The translations under genes and the position numbers were made by a program. From Somniosus microcephalus (lineage: Eukaryota), in NCBI GenBank assembly GCA_052327205.1, contig CM126209.1, positions 46,004,001-46,068,000 on the forward strand: a stretch of 64,000 nt of DNA, read 5' to 3'. The notes under the pieces were generated by a model. The model was not told the origin of the DNA and ran no database searches. It saw only the letters and a list, made by a program, of their open reading frames with translations. Shown piece after piece: positions 49,396-62,160 of the stretch. Each line of letters starts with the position of its first letter. Positions within the stretch are counted from its first letter, which is position 1.

Positions 49396-51679
49396 AGTTT
49401 TTGAAAAGTTGAAATAGGAAAGTTTCTGAATTTGTATTTTGGGATGTAGCCATCAGACCTTGGGTTCATTGAATGGGATTCACTAAACGGCTTAAATGAC
49501 CTGTGTATATTTGGCATGGTGATTTTCTGTGTGATAATTCTGCACTGTCATGCTATAGTGTATTGAAATACATCACTTGCAATTTCTGTACTTAAACATG
49601 CGTTTCCTGTGATTTTTTATTTTACAAATTAAACAGTTCACCCTATTTAAGCAAAAGCCTCTGGAAGTGTTCATGTGTATAACAGTTTAATAATTAGAAT
49701 TGAAAATGAGGGTTCGAGATACTGTACAACAAATCCAGGCTCTTTTTAATTTTTGTTTTCAAATGGACCAAATGTACATTTATCACATAATAGCGAACAT
49801 ATTTTAAACACAACACCACTTAACCGCATGTTTAAACCGGGGTTTTATCCACTAATACTTTATGTGGGTGTGATGCTTTAACCAGGGTAATTCTGTGCGA
49901 ACAAGACGTTAGCCCTGAAGTTTAAATAAACCAGCCCCAACACCGTGCAGGCTGTGGATGTTATTTTTAATTATAATTTTAGAGTTAATGTAGAAGATAT
50001 ATAATGTGCAAACTGTTTCCATATCAAAACTAATATGCAAACGTTTGAGACCTGCTTTCTTATTTACATGGTCAGGAGATAAATTGAACTAATGTCTTCT
50101 ACAAGTGTTAAGCATTTATGAACTGAGAATGCTCGCAAATATATTTTCATGTAAACAGTTACCATTTTTAAACTATGATTTAACGTCAAAAATCTAAATA
50201 TTTCAAAGTACTCTACAATGGTTTCTATTTTGACACGCCGAGGTTTATCTCACAGACAATTCATGCCCTACTGAAGGAGAAGAAACTTTTTTATTACAAA
50301 TTCTCACTTAAACAACACAGAGGAGAAATAAACTTTTTTTTGCGGAACTGCCCGTCCTCCCGCAATCGCTGCGCTATTGATGTTTTAACAGCAAAACGAG
50401 ACGTGGGAAAGAGAAACGGGCTCCAGAAGATGGGATGTCCTGTTTCTTTAAAGTGGATTAAATGCCAATTGATAAAACGGGAAAGCCTAGGCGGAAACGT
50501 TGATTCCGTGCTGAATGACAGCCAGAAGCTTTAGCACCATAAAAGGGGCGACCGAGCACTTTAAATTGGTTGCTACTTTTATCCTGCTGGGATCCTGATC
50601 CGCCAAATGGAAAGCCAAAAGAGACTACAGATTAATGTGAGACACTTTTACAGCATTGATTTACTTTGCACAGACTGTATATTACCATTAATATTGCCCA
50701 TAGTGTAGCTATCCGTCTAATGTGTGATAGCGGACATTGCTGCAGTAAGTTATTTAGTGATGGCGTTGTTATATTTAAAATATGTTGCATTTGTTACGTT
50801 CCACAGATTAAGTCAGAACAGGTATAATGTCAGTTGAATTCATTATTTGGAGAAGGAGGGTATCGGTCTAGAGAAATTACCCGGAAACTCTGTGTGTTTG
50901 CTTTGGGGGGGGGGAGCAAATAAACAGAAATGAAACCGAATCTTTGGGAGAGGGCTCGGCTCAGGAGTTTCGGGTTTCCCTCAGCGCCTAGCAGTGTGGA
51001 CGGACCATCGCTGAGTACATTTAATGGCTGCTTTTACAGTTGCTTTAGAATAAATCACACGAGAATTCAAGTTTAAATACATATTTTAAAGGGAAGAAAA
51101 ATCAAAGACTGCAAGCCGATCCTTTCATTTAGGGACCAAAGCAAAATCTTCGCGAACCCTTGAGCAGTGCAAGAGGTCCAAGCGGTGAACTGCTGTCCCA
51201 TTGCTTGAATTCCCGCCTTCAACCCTCGGTTAAAGTAACAGAAGGTGCATCTTTACCTGTGCTCAACTTTTACTGTTTCCTGATCTTTTAATTTTTTACG
51301 ACGTACGGATCTGTTCTAGGCATGACAGGAAATAATTACTGAAAGCTTGCGTTCCTGTACCATCCACTCGAACATTGTGGATGACATCGGGTAGACCGAG
51401 AAACCGCTCGTTATTTACCACATTTTAAACTTTGGCACGAAGCGTCCTTAACAACATCACCCGCCATTATAATGGAATAGTTGCTCATTTTATTGCTGAA
51501 AATTAATTCATAACCCTTTAATCGGATTCCTTACAGGTACCGGCAAGTCATGTGGAAGGAAAGTTTAGATGTTTGTTATAAACTGATACATGTCAATATA
51601 TTCGATCTAACACTGATGCTTGGTCTAGATGTTAAATTAATGAATGAATTACATTAATTACACAAGGGGACAAGAGGCA

Positions 51680-51915
51680 ACTTGTTGAATAAATGCTTTT
51701 AAATAGCGCCTTTAACTAGTAAAAACCATCCCAAGGCACTTCACAGGAGCATTATCAAACACAAGTTGACACCGAGCCACATAAGGAGATATTAGGGCAG
51801 GTGACCAAAAGCTTGGTCAAAGAGGTAGATCCAAAAAAAAGCAGCGTCTTAAAGGAGGAGAGAGCTGGAGAGGTTTAGGGAGGAATTCCAGAGTTTAGGG
51901 CCCGGACAGCTGAAA
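51680..51915 (-). mobile_element. L2 3' tail fragment
   Basis: Matches 31200-31430. Confidence 0.75.
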
Positions 51916-53376
51916 TCTGCAGTTCCGCAATAGCTAAACAGCCACAATGTGGACGGACGTTAATTGTTTCTTTTTTAAACGAACTTGTCGTTTCGCTGGT
52001 ACAGCACATTAGTGACAGGCTCGACATGTAGACTTTAAAAAGTTTAATCGTGCGTCAAATTTAATCCGGGCCCCCGCCGAGCACCCCTTTAATTACACGC
52101 TTTTCAGAAACAGATTGATGCTTTCCATTTTTAAATACCATTTAGTATAAAAATAATGTTACATTGTTCCCGGATGTTAATAAAATCTTCTGAAAACATG
52201 TTTATGTTCTTATAGCCACCTGGCACTCACTCAGTACATCTACATATTGCACAGCGTGCATCCAATTTCACTTTGAAATATGATTCAAATTCACATTTTG
52301 AAAAAAAAAAGAAAACTTCACAGCATATATTTTCTAAAAGGTGCACGATCTATAAAACGATAAGAGTTGCATGGAGTAATTGTTTATTCCGTTTGGTGTT
52401 TAATGGACTACATCAACATCGATGGCCAGCCGTTCAAATACGCTGTGAAACTTGCAGTGCGTTTTTACACGCTAAAGGTAAGATTCATTTTTCATATAAT
52501 AGAACAGGCATTTCCTAATACTTCAAAGGAGGCAAAGCTGCAATTAATTTTGTGTATCGCAACACGAAGCATCAGAATTGATAATCGCGGGTTCTCTGTG
52601 ATTTCTTGTGGCGTTTCATGTTTTAATTGTCCCGACCTCCTCCTCACAGAATCAATGGGCTCACGTGTCTGCTGCCTACTGCAGAACAGAAGGTGAGACT
52701 CGAGTATTCTCCGCCTGTCACTTTGCATGAAGGGGGTGCGAAGCGAAAACTCGAAGCCCAGTTCGAAAGTTCAGCTTCACTCTTGGCTGCTGATCACTGT
52801 ACACTATACATTTTTTGTTTTCGTCTATAATAGATTGGATTATTTGTGTTCATTTCTGAACTTACCGTGCCTTCCAATTAAGGAGACGATTTCCCTTTTT
52901 GTTTGCTGACAAAGTAATTAAAAATCAAGTGCCCCTGCAACACAGCGCCCAGGCAAAACATCTCACTCAACGCAAACGTCTTCACAGATTAGGAAATAGA
53001 CTGGTATTCGTATTAGAATACACCTTATAATAACAAGGAACATTATGGACAGTAGACCTGTTTTAAAACGTATTTATATCGCTTACAGGAAAACAAGATC
53101 GGTGACTGTCGTGACACATTTAATAGTTTCAACCCTATTATTGTATTGATATATTGAAGTCGTTTTAATTAATTTTAAGATGCAGATTGTTAGCTTGAAT
53201 AATACAAATTACATTTACATTCTCTTTCGCATTTAACTGCGTCAAGTTTGCACAAACTGGAGCGTAAGCAGAAATATCAGATATAAATCATATAAGTAAG
53301 CTCGCAACACCCACATTCCTTAGGAGGAAAAGTGAAGAATTAGATTAGGTTAAAATACGTGTTGTGCCTCCTCGCA

Positions 53377-56180
53377 GTGTCTCTCTATACCATTTTGGAG
53401 GTGGGTAAGGAAGAGAGATTTGTAGGGTCTTTCTATACCTGGGGGGGGGGGGGGGGCGGGCGGTGGGGGGAGAGATTTGTAGAGTCTTTCTATACCTGGG
53501 GGTGGGGGTGGGGGGAGAGATTTGTAGAGTCTTTCTATACCTGGGGGTGGGGGTGGGGGGAGAGATTTGTAGGGTCTTTCTATATTGGGGGGAGGGGTGG
53601 GGGGAGAGATTTGTAGGGTCTTTCTATAGGGGGGGGGGGTGGGGGGAGAGATTTGTAGGGTCTTTCTATATTGGGGGAGAGATTTGTAGGGTCTTTCTAT
53701 AGGGGGGGTGGGGGGGATTTGTAGGGTCTTTCTATACCTTTTGGGGGGGAGAGAGATTTGCAGGGTCTTTCTATGGGGGGGGGCTGGGGAGAGAGATTTG
53801 TAGGGTCTTTCTATATTTTTGGGGGGTGGGGGGAGAGATTTGTAGTGTCTTTCTATAGGGGGGGGGTGGGGAGAGAGATTTGTAGGGTCTTTCTATATTT
53901 TTGGGGGGGTGGGAGGAGAGATTTGTAGTGTCTTTCTATACGGGGGGGGTAGGGAGAGAGATTTGTAGGGTCTTTCTATACCTTTGGTGGGGGGAGAGAG
54001 ATTTGTCGGGTCTTTCTATACCTTTGGGGAGGGAGAGAGAGATTTGAAGGGTCTTTCTATACCTTTGGGGGGGGGAGAGAGATTTGTAGGGTCTTTCTAT
54101 ACCTTTGGGGAGGGAGAGAGAGATTTGTAGGGTCTTTCTATACCTTTCAGGGGGGTGGGGAGAGAGATTTGTAGGGTCTTTCTATACCTGGGGGGTGGGG
54201 AGAGATTTGTAGAGTCTTTCTATATCTTTTGGGGGGGGGGTTGTGGAGAGAGATTTGTAGAGCCTTTCTATAGGGGGGAGAGAGATTTGTAGGGTCTTTC
54301 TATACCTTTGGGGGGGAGAGAGAGATTTGTAGGGTCTTTCTATACCTTTGGGGAGGGAGAGAGAGATTTGTAGGGTCTTTCTATACCTTTGGGGAGGGAG
54401 AGAGAGATTTGTAGGGTCTTTCTATATCTTTGGGGGGGGGTGGAGAGAGATTTGTAGCGTCTTTCTATACCTGGGGGGGGGGGGAGAGAGAGATTTGTAG
54501 GGTCTTTCTATAACTTTGGGGGGGAGAGAGATTTGTACGGTCTTTCTATACCTTTGGGGAGGGAGAGAGAGATTTGTAGGGTCTTTCTATATCTTTCAGG
54601 GAGGTGGGGAGAGAGATTTGTAGGGTCTTTCTATACCGTTCAGGGAGGTGGGGAGAGAGATTTGTAGGGTCTTTCTATACCTGGGGGGTGGGGAGAGATT
54701 TGTAGAGTCTTTCTATACCCGGGGGAGGGGGGAGGGGAGAGATTTGTAGGGTCTTTCTATATCTTTGGGGTGGGGAGAGAGATTTGTAGAGTCTTTCTAT
54801 ATCTTTGGGGGGGTGGGGAGGGAGATTTGTAGAGTCTTTCTATAGGGGGGAGAGAGATTTGTAGGCTCTTTCTATATGGGAGGGGGGGTGGGGAGAGAGA
54901 TTTGTAGGGTCTTTCTATACCTGGGGGGAGGAGAGAGAGATTTGTAGGGTCTTTCTATATCTTTGGGGGTGGGGAGAGAGATTTGTAGAGTCTTTCTATA
55001 CCTGGGGGGGGAGAGATTTGTAGGCTCTTTCTATACCTGGGGGGGGAGAGATTTGTAGGGTCTTTCTATACCTGGGGGGGGGGGAGAGATTTGTAGGGTC
55101 TTTCTATACCTGGGAGGTGGGGGGGGGGAGATTTGTAGGGTCTTTCTATACCTGGGGGGGGGGGAGAGATTTGTAGAGTCTTTCTATAGGGGGGGAGGGA
55201 GAGATTTGTAGGCTCTTTCTATACCTGGGGGGGGAGAGATTTGTAGGGTCTTTCTATACCTGGGGGGGGGGGAGAGATTTGTAGGGTCTTTCTATACCTG
55301 GGAGGTGGGGGGGGGGGAGATTTGTAGGGTCTTTCTATACCTGGGGGGGGGGAGAGATTTGTAGGGTCTTTCTATACCTGGGGGGGGGAGAGAGATTTGT
55401 AGGGTCTTTCTATACCTGGCGGCGGTGGGAGATTTTAAGGTTTTTCCTATACCTGTGGGGGAGGAGAGAGATTTGTAGGGTCTTTCTATACCTGGGTGGG
55501 GGGGGGGGGGGGTAGAGAGATTTGTAGGGTCTTTCTATACCTGGGGGGGGGGCGAGAGATTTGTAGGGTCTTTCTATACCTGCGGTGGGGGGAGAGATTG
55601 GTAGGGTCTTTCTATACCTGGGGGGGTGGGGAGAGAGATTTGTAGGGTCTTTCTATACCTGGGGGGGGGGGAGAAAGATTTGTAGGGTCTTTCTATACCT
55701 GGCGGGGGTGGGGGTGAGAGATTTTTGGGTTTTTCTATACCTGTGGGGGAGGAGAGAGATTTGTAGAGTCTATACCTGGGGGGGGGGGGAAGAGAGATTT
55801 GTAGGGTCTTTCTATACTTGGTGGGGGGGGGGGGGAGAGATTTGTAGGGTCTTTCTATACCTGTGGGGGAGGAGAGAGATTTGTAGGGTCTTTCTATACC
55901 CGGGGGGCGGAAGAGAGATTTATAGGGTCTTTCTATACCTGGGGGGGGGGGGGGCGCGGGAGAGAGCTTTGTAGGCTCTTTCTATACCTGCGGGGGAGGA
56001 GAGAGATTTCTAGGGTCTGTCTATACCTGGGGGGGGGGAGAGAGATTTGTAGGGTCTTTCTATACCTTTTGGGGGGGGAGAGAGAGATTTGTAGGGTCTT
56101 TCTATACCTTTTTGGGGGGGCGACAGAGATTTGTAGGGTCTTTCTATACATTCGGGGGAGAGAGAGAGAGATTTGTAGGG
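53377..56180. repeat. Tandem array subtype A (~35-42-bp unit GAGAGATTTGTAGGGTCTTTCTATACCT + G-tract)
   Basis: Roughly 70 units, directly visible. Confidence 0.97.
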
Positions 56181-59100
56181 TCTTTCTATCTTTGAGGTGG
56201 TGTGTGGCGGGGGGTAGATTTGTAGGGTCTCTCTATCTTTGAGGTGGTGTGTGGAGGGAGGCGATTTGTAGGGTCTCTCTATCTTTGAGGTGGTGTGTGG
56301 AGAGGAGAGAGATTTGTAGCGTCTCTCTATCTTTGAAGTGGTGTGTGGAGGGGGAGTGAGATTTGTAGGGTCTCTCTATCTTTGAGGTGGTGTGGGGAGG
56401 GGAGAGAGATTTGTAGGGTCTCTATCTTTGAGGTGGTGTGTGGAGGGGGAGAGAGATTTGTAGGGTCTCTCTATCTTTGAGGTAGTGTGTGGGGGGGGGC
56501 AGGAGGTTTGTAGGGTCTCTCTATCTTTGAGGTGGTGTGTGGAGGGGTTGAGATTTGTAGGGTCTCTATCTTTGAGGTGGTGTGTGGAGGGGGAGAGAGA
56601 TTTGTAGGGTCTCTCTATCTTTGAGGTGGTGTGTGGAGAGGAGAGAGATTTGTAGGGTCTCTCTATCTTTGAAGTGGTGTGTGGAGGGGGAGTGAGATTT
56701 GTAGGGTCTCTCTATCTTTGAGGTGGTGTGTGGAGGGGGTGAGATTTGTAGGGTCTCTCTATCTTTGAGGTGGTGTGTGGTGGGGGAGAGAGATTTGTAG
56801 GGTCTCTCTATCTTTGAGGTGGTGTGTGGAGGGGCAGGGATTTGTAGGGTCTCTCTATCTTTGAAGTGGTGTGTGGAGGGGGAGTGAGATTTGTAGGGTC
56901 TCTCTATCTTTGAGGTGGTGTGTGGAGGGGGAGTGAGATTTGTAGGGTCTCTCTATCTTTGAGGTGGTGCGTGGAGAGGAGAGAGATTTGCAGAGTCTCT
57001 CCAACTTTGAGGTGGTGTGTGGAGGGGGAGAGAGATTTGTAGGGTCTCTATCTTTGAGGTGGTGTGTGGAGGGGGAGTGAGATTTGTAGGGTGTCTCTAT
57101 GAGGTGGTGTGTGGATTGGGAGAGAGATTTGTAGGGTCTCTCTATCTTTGAAGTGGTGTGTGGAGGGGGAGTGAGATTTGTAGGGTCTCTCTATATTTGA
57201 GGTGGTGTGTGGAGAGGAGAGAGATTTGTAGAGTCTCTCCAACTTTGAGGTGGTGTGTGGAGGGGGAGAGAGATTTGTAGGGTCCCTCTATATTTGAGGT
57301 GGTGTGTGGAGAGGAGAGATTTGTAGGGTCTCTCTACCTTTGAGGTGATGTGTGGGGAGGGTGAGAGAGATTTGTAGGGTCTCTCTATCTTTGAGGTGGT
57401 GTGTGGAGGGGGAGAAAGATTTGTAGGGTGTCTCTATGAGGTGGTGTGTGGATTGGGAGAGAGATTTGTAGGGTCTCTCTATCTTTGAGGTGTGGGGAGG
57501 GGGGAGGAGATTTGTAGGGTCTCTCTATCTTTGAGGTGGTGTGTGGAGGGGGGTAGATTTGTAGGGCCTCTCTATCTTTGAGGTGGTGTGTGCGGAGAGA
57601 GATTTGTAGGGTCTCTCTGTCTTTGAGGTGGTGTGTGGAGGGGAGAGAGATTTGTAGGGTCTCTCCATCTTTGAGGTGGTGTGTGGAGGGGGAGAGGTTT
57701 GTAGGGTCTCTATCTTTGAGGTGGTGTGGGGGGGCGGTAGGAGATTTGTAGGGTCTCTCTATCTTTGAGGTAGTGTGTGGGGGGGGGGGCAGGAGGTTTG
57801 TAGGGTCTCTCTATCTTTGAGGTGGTGTGTGGAGGGGGTGAGATTTGTAGGGTCTCTATCTTTGAGGTGGTGTGTGGAGGGGGAGAGAGATTTGTAGGGT
57901 CTCTCTATCTTTGAGGTGGTGTGTGGAGAGGAGAGAGATTTGTAGGGTCTCTCTATCTTTGAAGTGGTGTGTGGAGGGGGAGTGAGATTTGTAGGGTCTC
58001 TCTATCTTTGAGGTGGTGTGTGGAGGGGGTGAGATTTGTAGGGTCTCTCTATCTTTGAGGTGGTGTGTGGTGGGGGAGAGAGATTTGTAGGGTCTCTCTA
58101 TCTTTGAAGTGGTGTGTGGAGGGGGAGTGAGATTTGTAGGGTCTCTCTATCTTTGAAGTGGTGTGTGGAGGGGGAGTGAGATTTGTAGGGTCTCTCTATC
58201 TTTGAGGTGGTGTGTGGAGGGGGTGAGATTTGTAGGGTCTCTCTATCTTTGAGGTGGTGTGTGGTGGGGGAGAGAGATTTGTAGGGTCTCTCTATCTTTG
58301 AGGTGGTGTGTGGAGGGGTGAGAGATTTGTAGGGTCTCTCTATCTTTGAGGTGGTGTGTGGAGGGGCAGGGATTTGTAGGGTCTCTCTATCTTTGAAGTG
58401 GTGTGTGGAGGGGGAGTGAGATTTGTAGGGTCTCTCTATCTTTGAGGTGGTGTGTGGAGGGGGAGTGAGATTTGTAGGGTCTCTCTATCTTTGAGGTGGT
58501 GCGTGTGGAGAGGAGAGAGATTTGCAGAGTCTCTCCAACTTTGAGGTGGTGTGTGGAGGGGGAGAGAGATTTGTAGGGTCTCTCTATCTTTGAGGTGGTG
58601 TGTGGAGGGGGAGTGAGATTTGTAGGGTGTCTCTATGAGGTGGTGTGTGGATTGGGAGAGAGATTTGTAGGGTCTCTTTATCTTTGAAGTGGTGTGTGGA
58701 GGGGGAGTGAGATTTGTAGGGTCTCTCTATATTTGAGGTGGTGTGTGGAGAGGAGAGAGATTTGTAGAGTCTCTCCAACTTTGAGGTGGTGTGTGGAGGG
58801 GGAGAGAGATTTGTAGGGTCCCTCTATATTTGAGGTGGTGTGTGGAGAGGAGAGATTTGTAGGGTCTCTCTACCTTTGAGGTGATGTGTGGGGAGGGTGA
58901 GAGAGATTTGTAGGGTCTCTCTATCTTTGAGGTGGTGTGTGGAGGGGGAGAAAGATTTGTAGGGTGTCTCTATGAGGTGGTGTGTGGATTGGGAGAGAGA
59001 TTTGTAGGGTCTCTCTATCTTTGAGGTGTGGGGAGGGGGGAGGAGATTTGTAGGGTCTCTCTATCTTTGAGGTGGTGTGTGGAGGGGGGTAGATTTGTAG

Positions 59101-62100
59101 GGCCTCTCTATCTTTGAGGTGGTGTGTGCGGAGAGAGATTTGTAGGGTCTCTCTGTCTTTGAGGTGGTGTGTGGAGGGGAGAGAGATTTGTAGGGTCTCT
59201 CCATCTTTGAGGTGGTGTGTGGAGGGGGAGAGGTTTGTAGGGTCTCTATCTTTGAGGTGGTGTGGGGGGGCGGTAGGAGATTTGTAGGGTCTCTCTATCT
59301 TTGAGGTGGTGTGTGGAGGGGGTGAGATTTGTAGGGTCTCTCTATCTTTGAGGTGGTGTGTGGAGGGGTTGAGATTTGTAGGGTCTCTCTATCTTTGAGG
59401 TGGTGTGGGGAGGGGAGAGAGATTTGTAGGGTCTCTCTATCTTTGAGGTGGTGTGTGGAGGGGCAGGGATTTGTAGGGTCTCTATCTTTGAGGTGGTGTG
59501 TGGAGGGGGTGAGATTTGTAGGATCTCTCTATCTTTGAGGTGGTGTGTGGAGGGGGAGAGGGATTTGTTGGGTCTCTACCTTTGAGGTAGTGTGTGGAGG
59601 GGAGAGAGATTTGTCGGGTCTCTCTATCTTTGAGGTGGTGTGTGGTGGGGGAGAGAGATTTGTAGGGTCTCTCTATCTTTGAGGTGGTGTGTGGAGGGGG
59701 TGAGAGGTTTGTAGGGTCTCTCTATCTTTGAGGTGGTGTGTGGAGGGGCAGGGATTTGTAGGGTCTCTCTATCTTTGAGGTGGTGTGTGGAGGGGGGTGA
59801 GATTTGTAGGGTCTCTCTATCTTTGAGGTGGTGTGTGGAGGGGGAGAGGGATTTGTTGGGTCTCTATCTTTGAGGTAGTGTGTGGAGGGGAGAGAGATTT
59901 GTAGGGTCTCTCTATCTTTGAGGTGGTGTGTGGAGGGGGTGAGATTTGTAGGGTCTCTATCTTTGAGGTGGTGTGTGGTGGGGGAGAGAGATTTGTAGGG
60001 TCTCTCTATCTTTGAGGTAGTGTGTGGAGGGGAGAGAGATTTGTAGGGTCTCTATCTTTGAGGTGGTGTGGGGGGGGGGGCGGTAGGAGATTTGTAGGGT
60101 CTCTCTATCTTTGAGGTGGTGTGTGGAGCGGAGAGAGATTTGTAGGGTCTCTATCTTTGAGGTAGTGTGTGGGGGGGCAGGAGGTTTGTAGGGTCTCTCT
60201 ATCTTTGAGGTGGTGTGTGGAGGGGGGTAGATTTGTAGGGCCTCTCTATCTTTGAGGTGGTGTGTGCGGAGAGAGATTTGTAGGGTCTCTCTGTCTTTGA
60301 GGTGGTGTGTGGAGGGGAGAGAGATTTGTAGGGTCTCTCCATCTTTGAGGTGGTGTGTGGAGGGGGAGAGGTTTGTAGGGTCTCTATCTTTGAGGTGGTG
60401 TGGGGGGGCGGTAGGAGATTTGTAGGGTCTCTCTATCTTTGAGGTGGTGTGTGGAGGGGGTGAGATTTGTAGGGTCTCTCTATCTTTGAGGTGGTGTGTG
60501 GAGGGGTTGAGATTTGTAGGGTCTCTCTATCTTTGAGGTGGTGTGGGGAGGGGAGAGAGATTTGTAGGGTCTCTCTATCTTTGAGGTGGTGTGTGGAGGG
60601 GCAGGGATTTGTAGGGTCTCTATCTTTGAGGTGGTGTGTGGAGGGGGTGAGATTTGTAGGATCTCTCTATCTTTGAGGTGGTGTGTGGAGGGGGAGAGGG
60701 ATTTGTTGGGTCTCTATCTTTGAGGTAGTGTGTGGAGGGGAGAGAGATTTGTCGGGTCTCTCTATCTTTGAGGTGGTGTGTGGTGGGGGAGAGAGATTTG
60801 TAGGGTCTCTCTATCTTTGAGGTGGTGTGTGGAGGGGGTGAGAGGTTTGTAGGGTCTCTCTATCTTTGAGGTGGTGTGTGGAGGGGCAGGGATTTGTAGG
60901 GTCTCTCTATCTTTGAGGTGGTGTGTGGAGGGGGTGAGATTTGTAGGGTCTCTCTATCTTTGAGGTGGTGTGTGGAGGGGGAGAGGGATTTGTTGGGTCT
61001 CTATCTTTGAGGTAGTGTGTGGAGGGGAGAGAGATTTGTAGGGTCTCTCTATCTTTGAGGTGGTGTGTGGAGGGGGTGAGATTTGTAGGGTCTCTATCTT
61101 TGAGGTGGTGTGTGGTGGGGGAGAGAGATTTGTAGGTTCTCTCTATCTTTGAGGTCGTGTGTGGAGGGGTGAGAGATTTGTAGGGTCTCTCTATCTTTGA
61201 GGTGGTGTGGGGGGGGGGCGGTAGGAGATTTGTAGGGTCTCTCTATCTTTGAGGTGGTGTGTGGAGCGGAGAGAGATTTGTAGGGTCTCTATCTTTGAGG
61301 TAGTGTGTGGGGGGGGGCAGGAGGTTTGTAGGGTCTCTCTATCTTTGAGGTGGTGTGTGGAGGGGGGAGATTTGTAGGGTCTCTATCTTTGAGGTGGTGT
61401 GAGGAGGGGGGAGATTTGTAGGGTCTCTATCTTTGAGGTGGTGTGTGGAGGGGAAGAGAGATTTGTAGGGTCTCTCTATCTTTGAGGTGGTGTGTGGAGG
61501 GGGTGGGGGAGAGAGATTTGTAGGGTTTCTATCTTTGAGGTGGTGTGTGGAGTGGGTGGGGGAGAGAGATTTGTAGGGTTTCTATCTTTGAGGTGGTGTG
61601 TGGAGGGGGAGGGGGAGAGAGATTTGTAGGGTCTCTCTATCTTTGAGGTGGTGTGTGGAGGGGGTGCGGGAGAGAGATTTGTAGGGTCTCTCTATCTTTG
61701 AGGTGGTGTGTGGAGGGGGGGAGATTTGTAGGGTTTCTATCTTTGAGGTGGTGTGTGGAGGGGGAGGGGGAGAGAGATTTGTAGGGTCTCTCTATCTTTG
61801 AGGTGGTGTGTGGAGTGGGTGGGGGAGAAAGATTTGTAGGGTTTCTATCTTTGAGGTGGTGTGTGGAGTGGGTGGGGGAGAAAGATTTGTAGGGTCTCTC
61901 TATCTTTGAGGTGGTGTGTGGAGTGGGTGGGGGAGAAAGATTTGTAGGGTTTCTATCTTTGAGGTGGTGTGTGGAGTGGGTGGGGGAGAAAGATTTGTAG
62001 GGTCTCTCTATCTTTGAGGTGGTGTGTGGAGTGGGTGGGGGAGAAAGATTTGTAGGGTTTCTATCTTTGAGGTGGTGTGTGGAGTGGGTGGGGGAGAGAG

Positions 62101-62160
62101 ATTTGTAGGGTTTCTATCTTTGAGGTGGTGTGTGGGGGCTGGGAGACGGTTGTATGATCT
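56181..62160. repeat. Tandem array subtype B (~45-50-bp unit GAGAGATTTGTAGGGTCTCTCTATCTTTGAGGTGGTGTGTGGAGGGG)
   Basis: Roughly 125 units, with higher-order duplications of period ~1536 and ~1138 bp. Confidence 0.97.

Noticed and set aside
53359-60676. ORFs within the tandem array (ERFVGSFY.., EICRVFLY..)
   Set aside because: They are translations of the repeat unit, and the frame is constantly broken by variable G-runs.
53377-62160. CRISPR-like look (constant repeat plus variable spacer)
   Set aside because: The linkers are low-complexity variants of each other rather than unique spacers, there are no cas genes, and the context is vertebrate.
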